63,454 bases of DNA from Chloroflexota bacterium (GCA_034434735.1 DAOTYQ010000180.1:1-63454), one strand, 5' to 3'. Shown: positions 37,364-47,706, numbered from the stretch's first letter. Numbers and translations: made by a program. Notes: generated by a model not told the origin, from the letters alone.

Positions 37364-39115
37364 ATGGTCGAGGAACCGATCCAGTCGAGCCGCGAGGACG
37401 CCGAGCATCGAAGCCCGGGCGGTCAGCGGCTCGAGACGAGTCGCGTCGAGACCGCGCGGGTGCCGGGGCCGACCTCAGCCGCCGGTCGGCTCCGATGGCT
37501 CCTCGCCGCCGCCGTGTCCATCGTCGTCGTCGCGGGCTCGGTGGCGATCGCCGCCCTCGTCGTCGGCGGCGCCGGACCTTCTGGTCTCCTCGCCCGGGCA
37601 CCGGGCGATAGTCTCCTCTACGCCGAGCTCCGCTTCGACCTGCCCGGGGGCCAGCGGGCGGCGGTCGGCCGCTTCTTGAGCGCCTTTCCCGGGTTCGACG
37701 ACCAGGCCCTCCTCGAGGCGAAGCTCGATGATCTCTTCGAGCGAGCCGTCGGTGCCGCTACCGACGGCCGCCTCCACTGGAGCGGCGGGATCGAGGCCTG
37801 GTTCGGGGGCGAGGCGGCCGTCGTCGTCCGGGGTCTGTCGAAGAGCATCGTCGGTGGGCCCGAGCTGCCGGTCCCGCTCCTCCTGGCCACCGTCGTCGAC
37901 CCGGCGGCGGCCCGGAGCTGGGTGACGGCCGCTCTCGATGCGTCTGGCGTAGCGTGGACCCGCGACACCATCGCCGGGGCCGACGCCATCCTCGTCGGCG
38001 GCGCCGTCGACGCGCGGGCGGTGGCCGTCACCGACACCCTCCTCGTCGGCGGCCGAGTGGACGACGTCCGAGCCGTCCTCGAGACGACCCCGGCGTCGAG
38101 CCTCGGGGCGGCCGACCGGCCGAAGGCAGCCGCCGCGGCCCTCCCGGCCGACCACGTCGCCTGGCTCTACGTCGACGGCGCCGCCTACCGGTCCTGGTTG
38201 GCCGGCCTCCTGGCCGGGACGGGCACGAGCCTCTCGACGGCGCTCCTCTCGCCTGCCCTCGTCGAGATCCCGGACTGGGCGAGCGTCGAGCTGCGGTTCG
38301 ACGGCGACCGGCTCGTCGTCGAGGCCGCGATCCCCACGGGAGGGACGGCGGCGACGGACGCCCCGAGTCGGCTGGCCGGACTCGTGCCCGGGGACGCCGT
38401 CGTCTTCGTTGGCGTCGGTGGGGTCGGGCCACGGCTGACCGAGCGGGCCCGCGTCCTGCAGGCCGATCCGGCCCTCGGCCCGGCTCTCGAGCCGGTCTTT
38501 GCCGCCCTCGATCGGATCGGCGGCGTCGAGGCCCTCGTCGGCTGGATCGACGAGCTCGGCTTCACCGCTGGCGTCGAGGGCGACGACGTTTGGGGCGCTC
38601 TCCTGGCCGTGCCGCGCGATCGGGCAGCGGCCGAAGCGCTCGCCGGCAGCCTCCTCAATCTCGCCCGCCTGGGCCTCCCCGGTCTGCGGGTCGACGAGGA
38701 GACGGTGGCGGGTCGGACCATCGTCTCGGTCGAGCTCCCGGGATCCGCGGCCGAGAGGGCCGACGGTCGGATTGGGGTCGCCTGGACCATCGGAGCCGCA
38801 ATCATCGTCGCCCGCGATGCGACGACGGTCCGCCGGATCCTCGGGGTCGAACCGGGCGCCTCGCTCGCCGACGAGGCACGTTACGCTACGCTTCTCGCGC
38901 GGGCCGGCGGTCCGGCCGGGTCGAGCGTCGCCTTCCTCGATCTCGCTCGGCTCCGGACCCTCGTCGAGGCGAAGCTCGAGCCCGCCGAACGGGCCCGTTA
39001 CGAGCGCGACATCCGGCCGTATCTAGCGCCCTTCGATGCGGCCGTCGCCCTGACCCGGACCGACGGGGGCATCCAGCGGACCGTCTTCTTCGTCCGCGCC
39101 GCCGAGGTCGAGTAA
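37364..39115 (+). CDS. membrane-anchored hypothetical protein (DUF3352-like)
   Basis: ATG 37364 with GGAGG 8 nt upstream. One N-terminal TM helix (LLAAAVSIVVVAGSVAIAALVVGG), then about 500 aa Ala-rich ectodomain: LLYAELRFDLPGGQRAAVGRFLSAFPGF. DUF3352 resemblance is from memory only. Confidence 0.55.
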   Translation: MVEEPIQSSREDAEHRSPGGQRLETSRVETARVPGPTSAAGRLRWLLAAAVSIVVVAGSVAIAALVVGGAGPSGLLARAPGDSLLYAELRFDLPGGQRAAVGRFLSAFPGFDDQALLEAKLDDLFERAVGAATDGRLHWSGGIEAWFGGEAAVVVRGLSKSIVGGPELPVPLLLATVVDPAAARSWVTAALDASGVAWTRDTIAGADAILVGGAVDARAVAVTDTLLVGGRVDDVRAVLETTPASSLGAADRPKAAAAALPADHVAWLYVDGAAYRSWLAGLLAGTGTSLSTALLSPALVEIPDWASVELRFDGDRLVVEAAIPTGGTAATDAPSRLAGLVPGDAVVFVGVGGVGPRLTERARVLQADPALGPALEPVFAALDRIGGVEALVGWIDELGFTAGVEGDDVWGALLAVPRDRAAAEALAGSLLNLARLGLPGLRVDEETVAGRTIVSVELPGSAAERADGRIGVAWTIGAAIIVARDATTVRRILGVEPGASLADEARYATLLARAGGPAGSSVAFLDLARLRTLVEAKLEPAERARYERDIRPYLAPFDAAVALTRTDGGIQRTVFFVRAAEVE

Positions 39116-39173
39116 CCTGTAGGAGCGCGAGCGGTCAGGCCGCTCCGCGCGCGGCACGAACATCGAGGAGACC

Positions 39174-39428
39174 ATGGCAGTTCGGATCAGACTCACCCGG
39201 GTCGGCGCCAAGAAGCAGCCGGCCTACCGCGTCGTCGTCGCCGACGGGCGAAGCGCTCGCGACGGCCGGGCGATCGAGACCATCGGGCACTACAACCCGC
39301 GCACGGAGCCGGTGGAGGTCGCCATCGACGCCGAGCGGGCCCGCTACTGGCTCGACCGCGGCGCCCAGCCGTCGGAGCCCGTCGTCCGCCTCCTCCGCCT
39401 CGCCGGCGTCCTGCCGGCGGCCAAGTAG
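39174..39428 (+). CDS. rpsP: 30S ribosomal protein S16
   Basis: [24 protein letters not shown]...IETIGHYNP. Confidence 0.95.
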   Translation: MAVRIRLTRVGAKKQPAYRVVVADGRSARDGRAIETIGHYNPRTEPVEVAIDAERARYWLDRGAQPSEPVVRLLRLAGVLPAAK

Positions 39429-39439
39429 GGAGGGAGGCG

Positions 39440-39673
39440 ATGGCTGCCGCCGACCTCGTCGAGTACGTCGCTCGATCCCTCGTCGACGACCCGGAAGCGG
39501 TTCGAGTCGAGGTCGTCAAGGAGCGGGGCGGGACGACCATCGAGCTCCACGTCGCCGAGGACGACATGGGCAAGGTCATCGGGCGCAACGGGAGCGTCGC
39601 GAAGGCGCTGCGGACCCTCCTCAAGGTCATAGCGGCCCGCGAGGGCGAGCCGATCGCGCTGGAGATCGTCTGA
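39440..39673 (+). CDS. KH-domain RNA-binding protein (YlqC-like)
   Basis: [19 protein letters not shown]...[28 protein letters not shown]. Conserved position between rpsP and rimM. Confidence 0.88.
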   Translation: MAAADLVEYVARSLVDDPEAVRVEVVKERGGTTIELHVAEDDMGKVIGRNGSVAKALRTLLKVIAAREGEPIALEIV

Positions 39674-40335
39674 CGCCGGAGCGCCTCGTCGTCGCCTTCG
39701 TCCGGAGCGTCCACGGGCTCCGCGGGGCCGTCCGCGTCGAGCCGCTGACGGACCGGCCCGAGGAGCGCTTCGGCGTCGGTCGGGTCCTCCACCCGGAGGG
39801 CGAGGAACGATCCCTCACCGTCGTCGAGGCCGTCCGGGAACGGACGGCCTGGCGCCTCCGCTTCGCCGAGGTCGCCGATCGGACCGCCGCCGAAGGCCTC
39901 CGAGGCCGGTACCTCGAGGTCGTGGCGAGCGAACCGCTTCCGGCCGGTCACCACTATTGGCACGAGCTCGTCGGGCTCTCGGTCCGGGACGAAACGGGAC
40001 GGGACCTCGGCCGCGTCGTCGACGTGTATCGGGCCGGGGGTGCCGAGGTCGTGAGCGTCGTCGGCGGGCCGCTCGGCCCGCTCGAGGTGCCGATGGTCGG
40101 CGGGATCGTCAGGCGGCTCGAGCCGGGAGGGGCGGGCATCGTCGTCGAGGCGGCCGCCCTTGGGCTCGAGGAGCCGGGAACCGAGGGCGACGGCCCGGCG
40201 ACCGCCGAGGCGGCTCGGCAGGGAAGGGGAGCGGCGGGTCGGAGGCGCCCGCCTCGCCGTCGGATGGCGCCGCGAACCGGGCCGAGCGGACCGGTCGCTG
40301 GAGGCGACGAGGCCGCCGCGAGATCGGGGCGATGA
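39670..40335 (+). CDS. rimM: 16S rRNA processing protein RimM (no canonical start; CTG 39670 proposed)
   Basis: (L)[33 protein letters not shown]...[11 protein letters not shown]...[11 protein letters not shown]. First in-frame canonical start is a GTG about 75 codons in. CTG 39670 overlaps the upstream TGA (CTGA). Arg-rich C-tail. Confidence 0.82.
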   Translation: MTPERLVVAFVRSVHGLRGAVRVEPLTDRPEERFGVGRVLHPEGEERSLTVVEAVRERTAWRLRFAEVADRTAAEGLRGRYLEVVASEPLPAGHHYWHELVGLSVRDETGRDLGRVVDVYRAGGAEVVSVVGGPLGPLEVPMVGGIVRRLEPGGAGIVVEAAALGLEEPGTEGDGPATAEAARQGRGAAGRRRPPRRRMAPRTGPSGPVAGGDEAAARSGR

Positions 40336-41135
40336 GTCTCGAGATCGACGTCCTAACCCTCTTCCCGGAGGTCGTCGAGGTTCCGCTGCGAGCGAGCATC
40401 CCGGGCCGGGCCCTCGAGCGGGGTCTCGCCGTGCTGCGGGTCCACGATCTGCGGCGGTGGGGCCTCGGCCGCCACCGGGCGGTCGACGACTACCCGTACG
40501 GTGGTGGGGCTGGGATGGTCCTCCGGCCCGAGCCGGTGGCGGCCGCCCTCGAGGAGCTGCGGCGCCCCGACTCCTGCGTCATCCTGCCCGATCCAGCCGG
40601 GGAACCCTTCCGTCAGGAGCGAGCCCGCGATCTCGCCCGGCGCTCGCACCTCATCCTCATCTGCCCGCGCTACGAGGGGGTCGACGAACGGATCCGCGAG
40701 CTCGTCGACCTCGAGATCTCCATCGGCGACGTCGTCCTCAGCGGCGGCGAGATCGCCGCCCTCGTCATCCTCGATGCGGTCCTCCGCCTTCTGCCCGGGG
40801 CCATCGACCCGGCCTCGACGGCCGAGGAGTCCTTCGCCGACGGCCTCCTGGAATACCCCCAGTACACCCGGCCGCCGGTCTTCCGCGGCCGCTCGGTCCC
40901 GGCCGTCCTTCGAAGCGGCCATCACGAGGCGGTCCGGCGTTGGCGTCGCCGGGAGGCGGTCCGCCGGACGCTGGAGCGGCGGCCCGACCTCCTCGTCGGC
41001 CGCCAGCTCGACTCGGAGACGGCCGCCATCCTCGACGAGCTCCGACGGGAGCGCGGCCGAGCCTCCGAGCCCGCCCCCGGGGAGCCGCGCGCCGCCTCGG
41101 AGGCAGCCGACGGGGAGCCCGCCGGCCGACCCTGA
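40332..41135 (+). CDS. trmD: tRNA (guanine37-N1)-methyltransferase TrmD
   Basis: IDVLTLFPE...[14 protein letters not shown]...[13 protein letters not shown]...[13 protein letters not shown]...[13 protein letters not shown] overlap with rimM. Confidence 0.95.
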   Translation: MSLEIDVLTLFPEVVEVPLRASIPGRALERGLAVLRVHDLRRWGLGRHRAVDDYPYGGGAGMVLRPEPVAAALEELRRPDSCVILPDPAGEPFRQERARDLARRSHLILICPRYEGVDERIRELVDLEISIGDVVLSGGEIAALVILDAVLRLLPGAIDPASTAEESFADGLLEYPQYTRPPVFRGRSVPAVLRSGHHEAVRRWRRREAVRRTLERRPDLLVGRQLDSETAAILDELRRERGRASEPAPGEPRAASEAADGEPAGRP

Positions 41136-41178
41136 CGGCGACCGCCGAGCCGGGGCTGGGGGCAGCTGGCTGGGCTCG

Positions 41179-41187
41179 TGCTATACT
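41179..41187 (+). promoter_or_regulatory. extended -10 candidate TGCTATACT upstream of rplS
   Basis: In the 163-nt trmD-rplS spacer. Would give a leader of about 105 nt. Confidence 0.45.
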
Positions 41188-41298
41188 GCGGCCTCGGCCC
41201 GCGGGCGCCCGCGACCCGCCTTCCATCGTCCCACCGCTCGCGGCGCGACCGTCGACCCCGAGGCGCGTCGCCCCACCAGCAGAGACAGGATCCCGCCC

Positions 41299-41646
41299 GT
41301 GAACGTCCTCGACGAGATCGTCGCCGACCAGCTTCGCACCGACCTGCCCGAGATCAGCCCCGGCGACACCGTCCGCGTCGCCGCCAAGGTCGTCGAGGGG
41401 AACCGTGAGCGCATCCAAGTCTTCGAGGGCACGGTCATCCGGATCCGGGGCGGCGGGATCAACGAGTCGATCACCGTCCGGCGGATCGCCAGCGGGGTCG
41501 GGGTCGAGCGGACCTTTCGGATCCACAGCCCGCGGATCGAGCGGATCGAGGTCGTCCGCCACGGCGAAGCACGCCGGGCCAAGCTCTACTACCTCCGGCG
41601 CCGGGTCGGGAAGGCGGCGACGCTCCGCGAGCGCCGGCCGAGCTGA
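41299..41646 (+). CDS. rplS: 50S ribosomal protein L19
   Basis: GTG 41299. [57 protein letters not shown]. Confidence 0.93.
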   Translation: MNVLDEIVADQLRTDLPEISPGDTVRVAAKVVEGNRERIQVFEGTVIRIRGGGINESITVRRIASGVGVERTFRIHSPRIERIEVVRHGEARRAKLYYLRRRVGKAATLRERRPS

Positions 41647-41658
41647 GTCGCCGGGCCG

Positions 41659-42396
41659 ATGGCGTGCCCCCTCCCTCCGGATCGGCCTAGCGCCGCAGGA
41701 GGGAGCGCGGCCGCGGATCGGGGGGCGCCGTCGGCGATCCATCGCCTCCGCCTCGAGCCGGACTTCGCCGAGGAGCGGCGGCTCCGTCGCCTCGGCTGTC
41801 GGTTCGTGGCCGGGGTCGATGAGGTCGGGCGGGGCTGCCTGGCGGGGCCGGTGACGGCGGCCGCCGTCATCCTCCCATCCGACTGGATGCCGGCCGGGCT
41901 CCGCGACTCCAAGCTCCTCCGGGCTCCGGAGCGAGAGCGGATCGCCGCCGAGCTCCGGGCCGGCGCCCTCGCCTGGGCCCTCGCCTCGGTCTGGCCGGCG
42001 GTCATCGACCGGATCAACATCCTCCAGGCGACGCTCCTCGCCGCGGCGCTCGCCGTCGGCCGTCTCCCGATCCGGCCCGACGCCCTCGTCCTCGACGGTT
42101 CCCTCGCTCTGCCCGACGCTCCGCTGCCGCAGCGGGTCGTCGTCGACGCCGACCGGCTCTGTGCCTCGGTGGCGGCCGCGTCGGTCATCGCCAAGGTCGA
42201 ACGCGACCGGCTCATGGTCGAGCTCGATGCCGCCTATCCGGGCTACGGTCTGGCGACGAACAAGGGCTACGCCGCGCCGGAACATCGAGCCGCCCTCGCT
42301 CGGCTCGGCCTCAGTCCCATCCACCGACGGAGCTTCGCTTCCTGCGCCGAGATCGAGCAGCTCGATCTCTGGCTCGCCGAGGTGGCCGGGCCATAG
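41659..42396 (+). CDS. rnhB: ribonuclease HII
   Basis: VAGVDEVGRGCLAGPV...RDSKLL...DAD...ASVIAKVERDRLM...YGLATNKGY. N-terminal start uncertain. Confidence 0.9.
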   Translation: MACPLPPDRPSAAGGSAAADRGAPSAIHRLRLEPDFAEERRLRRLGCRFVAGVDEVGRGCLAGPVTAAAVILPSDWMPAGLRDSKLLRAPERERIAAELRAGALAWALASVWPAVIDRINILQATLLAAALAVGRLPIRPDALVLDGSLALPDAPLPQRVVVDADRLCASVAAASVIAKVERDRLMVELDAAYPGYGLATNKGYAAPEHRAALARLGLSPIHRRSFASCAEIEQLDLWLAEVAGP

Positions 42397-42471
42397 CGGT
42401 CTCGCCGTCGGGCGGTAGCTCGGCTGTCGGTCGATAAGTCGCCGCGATGCGGCGGCGGCGACCATCGGCCC

Positions 42472-42861
42472 GTGCCGACGCCGCGCCAACTCGGGACCGC
42501 CGCCGAACGCCTCGTCGCTGCCGCCCTCGTCAGGGCGGGCTGGCGGATCCTCGGTCGCGGGGTCCGCGTCGGTCGCGACGAGCTCGATCTCGTCGCCCTC
42601 GATCCCGGCCCACCGCCGGCCCTCGTCGTCGTCGAGGTTCGCTGGCGGCGGCGCGACGACTTCGGACTCCCCGAGGAGACCGTCGATGGGCGGAAGCTGG
42701 CCCGACTCCGACGCGCCGCCCTCGGGCTCCTCGCCGGCGGGCGACTGGCGGACGGGCAGCCGCTGCCGCGGGCGGCGATCCGGCTCGACGTCGTCGTCGT
42801 GGCGCCGGCTCGCCGGCCGGGGCAGGGGATCGAGCTGCGCCACATCCGGGGCATCGAGTGA
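42472..42861 (+). CDS. YraN family (UPF0102) endonuclease-like protein
   Basis: [37 protein letters not shown]...[10 protein letters not shown]. Conserved position after rnhB. Confidence 0.8.
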   Translation: MPTPRQLGTAAERLVAAALVRAGWRILGRGVRVGRDELDLVALDPGPPPALVVVEVRWRRRDDFGLPEETVDGRKLARLRRAALGLLAGGRLADGQPLPRAAIRLDVVVVAPARRPGQGIELRHIRGIE

Positions 42862-42911
42862 GGCGCCGGAGCGACGCGGGCCGGAGGTGTCAGGGGAGGG
42901 CCGGGACCGCT

Positions 42912-42926
42912 GTGCTACACTCCGGC
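42912..42926 (+). promoter_or_regulatory. extended -10 candidate GTGCTACACTCCGGC upstream of rpsB
   Basis: TGcTACACT box in the 229-nt yraN-rpsB spacer. Would give a leader of about 165 nt. Confidence 0.5.
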
Positions 42927-43090
42927 CGGCCGTTGCCGAGGTAACGGTCTGCCCGCCATCAGGCGGAGCTCACACGCGGTCTGCTTTCCAGCGGGTCGGT
43001 GCCGGCACCACCGTTAGCCCCGCCGTCGGGCGGATGTCGGCCCCCGGTGGCGCGACCGCGGCGGTCGAACCGAGACAGGAGGTTGTTCGC

Positions 43091-44020
43091 GTGCCGTCCG
43101 TTACGATGCGGCAGCTCTTGGAGGCCGGCGTCCACTTCGGCCACCAGACACGCCGCTGGAACCCGAAGATGCGTCCCTTCATCTTCGCGGAGCGCAACGG
43201 GATTCACATCATCGATCTGGCCCAGACCGTCAAGCGCCTCGACGTCGCCCTCGACTTCGCCCGCGCGACGGTCGCCCGGGGCGACACGATCCTCTTCGTC
43301 GGAACGAAGAAGCAGGCCCAAGAGCCGGTCGCCGAGGAGGCGAGCCGGGCCGGGCAGCCGTATGTCGTCAAGCGCTGGCTCGGCGGCATGCTGACGAACT
43401 TCGTGACGATCAAGAAGCGGGTCGCTCTCCTCGAGCAGCTCGAAGCCCGGCAGGCCGCCGGCGAGTTCGACCGGCTGCCGAAGAAGGAGGCGGCCCGCCT
43501 CACCGACGAGCTGGCGCGACTCCAGGTCACCCTCGGCGGGATCCGTCGGATGCGGCGCTTACCGGGCGCCATCTTCGTCATCGACCCCCACCGGGAGCAC
43601 ATCGCGGTGACCGAGGCGAATAAGCTCGAGATCCCGGTCATCGCCACGGGCGACACGAACGTCGACCCCGACCTCATCGACTACATCATCCCGGCCAACG
43701 ACGACGCCATCCGGTCCATCCGGCTCCTCTGTCGCCTCGTCGCCGACGCCTGCCTCGAGGGTGCCCGGGAACGAGCCGCCCGCGCGGCGGCCGAGCCGGA
43801 GCGGGAGGCCGAGCCGATCGCCGCCGAGGCGGCGGCTCCGTTCGAGGAGGAGGCCAGCGAGGAGCTCGTGGCGGCCGTCGCCGGCGGCGGCTCGCTGACC
43901 TTCGAGCCGGACCTCGACGAGGAAGACCTGCTCCCGGCGGGTCGCCTCGAGGGGCCACGCCCGGTCCATCGGCCGCCGGCCCGCCGGGAAGACGACGAGG
44001 TCGAGCCGGAGGTCGACTGA
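43091..44020 (+). CDS. rpsB: 30S ribosomal protein S2 with acidic C-terminal extension
   Basis: GTG 43091, 8 nt after [28 protein letters not shown]...[10 protein letters not shown]...RWLGGMLTN...DTNVDPD. Confidence 0.95.
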   Translation: MPSVTMRQLLEAGVHFGHQTRRWNPKMRPFIFAERNGIHIIDLAQTVKRLDVALDFARATVARGDTILFVGTKKQAQEPVAEEASRAGQPYVVKRWLGGMLTNFVTIKKRVALLEQLEARQAAGEFDRLPKKEAARLTDELARLQVTLGGIRRMRRLPGAIFVIDPHREHIAVTEANKLEIPVIATGDTNVDPDLIDYIIPANDDAIRSIRLLCRLVADACLEGARERAARAAAEPEREAEPIAAEAAAPFEEEASEELVAAVAGGGSLTFEPDLDEEDLLPAGRLEGPRPVHRPPARREDDEVEPEVD

Positions 44021-44025
44021 CGACC

Positions 44026-44061
44026 GGCGCCCCGACCCATCCTCGGACGGCCGAGGGCGCC
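44026..44061 (+). promoter_or_regulatory. rpsB-tsf intergenic nested hairpin
   Basis: Inner CCTCGG-acgg-CCGAGG (44041-44056) flanked by GGCGC/GCGCC. No T-tract. Confidence 0.3.
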
Positions 44062-44085
44062 CACCCAAGGAAAAGGCAGGAGGAC

Positions 44086-44685
44086 ATGACAACCATCAGC
44101 GCTGCGACCGTCAAGGAGCTCCGAGACCGGACGGGGGCCGGCTTCATGGAGTGCAAGCGCGCCCTCGAGGAGGCTGACGGCGACCTCGAAGCGGCGGTCG
44201 GCATCCTCCGCGAGCGGGGCCTGGCGGCGGCGGCGAAGAAGGCGGGCCGAGAGGCCCGGGAGGGCCTCGTCGGCAGCTACATCCACGCCGGCGGAAAGCT
44301 GGGCGTCCTCATCGAGGTCAACTGCGAGACCGACTTCGTCGCCCGGACCGAGGAGTTCGGCAAGCTCGTCCGGGACCTGGCGATCCAGGTCGCCGGGCTG
44401 GCGCCGCGCTGGGTCGACGTCGCCGACATTCCGGCCGACGTCCTGGAGGCGAAGCGGGCCGAGTTCCTCGCCGATCCGGTGACGCAAGCCAAGCCCGAGG
44501 CGATCCGGGCCCAGATCGTCGAGGGTCAGCTCCAGAAGTGGTACCGCGAGGTCTGCCTCCTCGAGCAGCCCTTCCGGGACGAGGAGCGGACGGTCCGGGA
44601 GCTCATCAACGAGCGGATCGCGACCCTCGGCGAGAACATCCGCGTCCGCCGCTTCACCCGCTACGCCCTCGGCGAGGAGGCGTGA
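44086..44685 (+). CDS. tsf: elongation factor Ts (short form)
   Basis: [30 protein letters not shown]...[24 protein letters not shown]. Confidence 0.95.
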   Translation: MTTISAATVKELRDRTGAGFMECKRALEEADGDLEAAVGILRERGLAAAAKKAGREAREGLVGSYIHAGGKLGVLIEVNCETDFVARTEEFGKLVRDLAIQVAGLAPRWVDVADIPADVLEAKRAEFLADPVTQAKPEAIRAQIVEGQLQKWYREVCLLEQPFRDEERTVRELINERIATLGENIRVRRFTRYALGEEA

Positions 44686-44689
44686 GGCC

Positions 44690-45484
44690 GTGACGACGAC
44701 CGCCCCGACGACCGGCGCCGGCGCCGCGACCGAAGCCGAGGGGCCGACGCTCCGCTACCGGCGGATCCTCCTGAAGCTGTCGGGCGAGGCGCTCCTCGGG
44801 TCCCGTCAGTACGGCGTCGACCCCGAGTTCTGCGCCTTCATCGCCCGCCAGGTGGCCGAGGTCCACCGGCTCGGCGTCGAGATCGGGATCGTCGTCGGCG
44901 GTGGGAACATCTTCCGTGGTCTCGCCGCGGCTGCGCGTGGGATGGACCGGGCGACCGGCGACTACATCGGGATGCTGGCGACGGTCATGAACGGCCTCGC
45001 CCTCCAGGACGCCCTCGAACGGGTCGGGGTGCCGACCCGGGTCATGAGCGCCATCGCGATGAACGAGGTCGCCGAGCCCTACATCCGCCGCCGGGCGGTT
45101 CGTCACCTCGAGAAGGGGCGGGTCGTCATCTTCGTCGCCGGTACCGGCAACCCCTACTTCACGACCGACACGGCGGCCGCCCTTCGGGCCGTCGAGATCG
45201 GGGCGGAGGTGCTCTTGAAGGCGACGAAGGTCGACGGCGTCTACGAGGCCGACCCGGTTACCCATCCGGGCGCGCGGCGCTACGGTCAGCTCGACTACAG
45301 CGACCTGCTTCGGGACCAGCTGAAGGTCCTCGATGCGGCCGCCGTCTCGCTCTGCATGGAGAACGGACTGCCGATCGTCGTCTTCGACCTCAACGCCCCC
45401 GACAACATCCGCCGGGTCGCCCTCGGCGAAGACGTCGGGACGCGGATCGGCCCCCAAGACGCGACCCGAGGAGGTGGCCAGTGA
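44690..45484 (+). CDS. pyrH: UMP kinase
   Basis: [13 protein letters not shown]...[10 protein letters not shown]...[11 protein letters not shown]...[14 protein letters not shown]...KATKVDGVY. Confidence 0.95.
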   Translation: MTTTAPTTGAGAATEAEGPTLRYRRILLKLSGEALLGSRQYGVDPEFCAFIARQVAEVHRLGVEIGIVVGGGNIFRGLAAAARGMDRATGDYIGMLATVMNGLALQDALERVGVPTRVMSAIAMNEVAEPYIRRRAVRHLEKGRVVIFVAGTGNPYFTTDTAAALRAVEIGAEVLLKATKVDGVYEADPVTHPGARRYGQLDYSDLLRDQLKVLDAAAVSLCMENGLPIVVFDLNAPDNIRRVALGEDVGTRIGPQDATRGGGQ

Positions 45485-46038
45485 CGAACGAGATCCTCGC
45501 CGCCGCCGAGCGGAAGATGGCCCGCGCCGTGGAGGTCATGGAGCGCGACTTCGCCGGGCTCCGGACCGGCCGGGCCTCGACTGCCCTCGTCGAGCGGATC
45601 CCGGTCGACTACTACGGAACGGCGACGCCCCTCAACCAGCTCGCCGGGATCAGCGTCCCGGAGCCCCACCAGATCGTCATCCAGCCCTGGGACCGGAGCG
45701 TCCTCGGGGCCATCGAGAAGGCGATCATCAAGAGCGACATCGGCCTGACCCCGAACGTCGACGGGACGGTCGTCCGGCTCAACGTGCCGCCCCTCACCGA
45801 GGAGCGACGCCGGGAGCTCGTCCGGCTCGTCCACAAGCGGATGGAGGAGGCGCGGGTCGAGATCCGCAACCTGCGCCGCGATGCGGCGGACGAGATCCGC
45901 AAGGCAGAGCGGGCCGGGGAGGTCGGTGCCGACGAGGCGCATCGCCTCCTCGAGGCGCTCCAGCGGCTGACCGATCGGTTCATCGCCGAGGTCGACCGGG
46001 TCGGCGGCCACAAGGAACAGGAGGTCCTCGAGGTCTAG
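45481..46038 (+). CDS. frr: ribosome recycling factor
   Basis: [25 protein letters not shown]...[14 protein letters not shown]...IQPWD...[16 protein letters not shown] overlap with pyrH. Confidence 0.95.
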   Translation: MTNEILAAAERKMARAVEVMERDFAGLRTGRASTALVERIPVDYYGTATPLNQLAGISVPEPHQIVIQPWDRSVLGAIEKAIIKSDIGLTPNVDGTVVRLNVPPLTEERRRELVRLVHKRMEEARVEIRNLRRDAADEIRKAERAGEVGADEAHRLLEALQRLTDRFIAEVDRVGGHKEQEVLEV

Positions 46039-46835
46039 TGGCCCGCCCGCCGCTCGCCTCGGCTGCCGTCGAACCGACCGCCCCGGCGGCTCCGGCCGTC
46101 GGCTCGGCGGCCGAGCCGGAGGGCGGCGCCCGGCCGTTCCCGATCGAGCCTGGGGATCTGCCCCGGCACGTCGCGATCATCATGGACGGCAACCGGCGCT
46201 GGGCTCGAGCCCACGGCGTGAGCGACGCCGAGGGCCACGCCGCCGGTCTCGCGGCGGTCCGGGCGACCCTCCGCCACGCCGTCCGGCGGGGGATCCCGGT
46301 CCTCACCCTCTACGCCTTCAGCCGCGAGAACTGGTCCCGTTCGCCCGCGGAGATCGCCGCGCTCTTCGAGCTCCTCGAGGTCGCCATCCGGGACGAGACC
46401 CCCGAGCTCCGGGCCCAGGGGGTCCGGGTCCGGCTCCTCGGTCGCCTCGCGGATCTGCCGTCGGAGACTCGGGCGGCCATCGAGCGGGCACTCGCCGAGA
46501 CCCAGGCCGGCGATCGCCTCCAGCTCAACGTCGCCTTCAACTACGGCGGTCGGACGGAGATCGTCGACGCGGTCCGGGAGATCGTCCGGCGGGGGATCCC
46601 GGCCGAGGCCATCGACGAGGCGACCATCGCCGCCGCCCTCTACACGGCCGGTCTGCCCGACCCGGACCTCGTCATCCGGACGGGCGGGGAGCTGCGCCTC
46701 TCGAACTTCCTCATCTGGCAGTCGGCCTATGCCGAGTTCTATTCGTGCGGGATCCTCTGGCCGGACTTCGGGCCCGAGGCCTTCGACGCGGCCCTCGCCG
46801 AGTACGCCCGTCGGACCCGCCGGTTCGGTCGCTAG
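46038..46835 (+). CDS. uppS: undecaprenyl diphosphate synthase (cis-prenyltransferase)
   Basis: PRHVAIIMDGNRRWA...LTLYAFSRENW(S)R...RTGGELRLSNFLIWQSAYAEF. GTG 46038 shares one base with the frr TAG. Confidence 0.92.
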   Translation: MARPPLASAAVEPTAPAAPAVGSAAEPEGGARPFPIEPGDLPRHVAIIMDGNRRWARAHGVSDAEGHAAGLAAVRATLRHAVRRGIPVLTLYAFSRENWSRSPAEIAALFELLEVAIRDETPELRAQGVRVRLLGRLADLPSETRAAIERALAETQAGDRLQLNVAFNYGGRTEIVDAVREIVRRGIPAEAIDEATIAAALYTAGLPDPDLVIRTGGELRLSNFLIWQSAYAEFYSCGILWPDFGPEAFDAALAEYARRTRRFGR

Positions 46836-46851
46836 GACGGCTCGGCCGACG

Positions 46852-47700
46852 GTGCTCGAGGCGCGGGCGCGCGGCGCCGCCGTCGTCGTTCCCGTCGTCG
46901 CCCTCGTCCTCGCCGTCGGTCAGCCGCTCCTCGGCATCGGCCTGGCCGTCCTCGCCGCCGCCGCCGCCTTCGAGGCCTACGCCCTCCTCCGTCGGGCCGG
47001 CTGGCCGAGCACGAACGGCCTCGGGATCGCCCTGGCCGGCGCGACGACGCTCCTCGTGGCCGTCGGCGGGGACCTGCGTTCGACCGCCGGCTCGCTCGTC
47101 GCCCCACTCCTCCTCTTCTGCCTCGGGCTTGCCGTCGCGGCCGTCGGTGCCTTTGCTCGGAGCGATCCGCGCGAGGGCGTCGCGACCTGGATCGGCACCG
47201 TCTTCGGGGTCGCCTACGTCGTCCCCCTCGGGTTCGTCGGCCGGCTCGCCGAGCTCGCCCCGCCGCCGGCCGCGGCGAGCCTCGCGGTGACCCTCGGTCC
47301 CGAGCGGTACTGGGCCGCCGTCCTCGTCCTGACCGTTTGGGCCTTTGACACCGGGGCTTACCTCGTCGGCTCGCGCTTCGGGCGGCGCCGCTTCCTGCCG
47401 CACCTTTCGCCGTCGAAGACGGAGGCTGGCCTGGCGGGCGGGCTCGTCGCGGCGACCCTCGTGGGGATCGCAGGCTTCGCCGGGGCCGGGGCCCCGGCCG
47501 TCGCCGGCCTCGTCTTCGGCCCCATCGTCGGGCTCGCCGCGCAGACCGGCGACCTGGCCGAGTCGATGCTGAAGCGAGCGGCGGGCGCCAAGGACTCGGG
47601 CCGCGTCGTGCCCGGCCACGGCGGTGTCCTCGATCGGGTCGACTCCTTCGTCGTCGCCGCCCCGGTCGCGGCCCTCCTCTTGGCCGTGCTCGGGCACTGA
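46852..47700 (+). CDS. cdsA: phosphatidate cytidylyltransferase
   Basis: Polytopic membrane protein with the C-terminal signature SPSKTEAGLAGG...GDLAESMLKRAAGAKDSG...PGHGGVLDRVDS. Confidence 0.9.
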   Translation: MLEARARGAAVVVPVVALVLAVGQPLLGIGLAVLAAAAAFEAYALLRRAGWPSTNGLGIALAGATTLLVAVGGDLRSTAGSLVAPLLLFCLGLAVAAVGAFARSDPREGVATWIGTVFGVAYVVPLGFVGRLAELAPPPAAASLAVTLGPERYWAAVLVLTVWAFDTGAYLVGSRFGRRRFLPHLSPSKTEAGLAGGLVAATLVGIAGFAGAGAPAVAGLVFGPIVGLAAQTGDLAESMLKRAAGAKDSGRVVPGHGGVLDRVDSFVVAAPVAALLLAVLGH

Positions 47701-47706
47701 CGGCCG

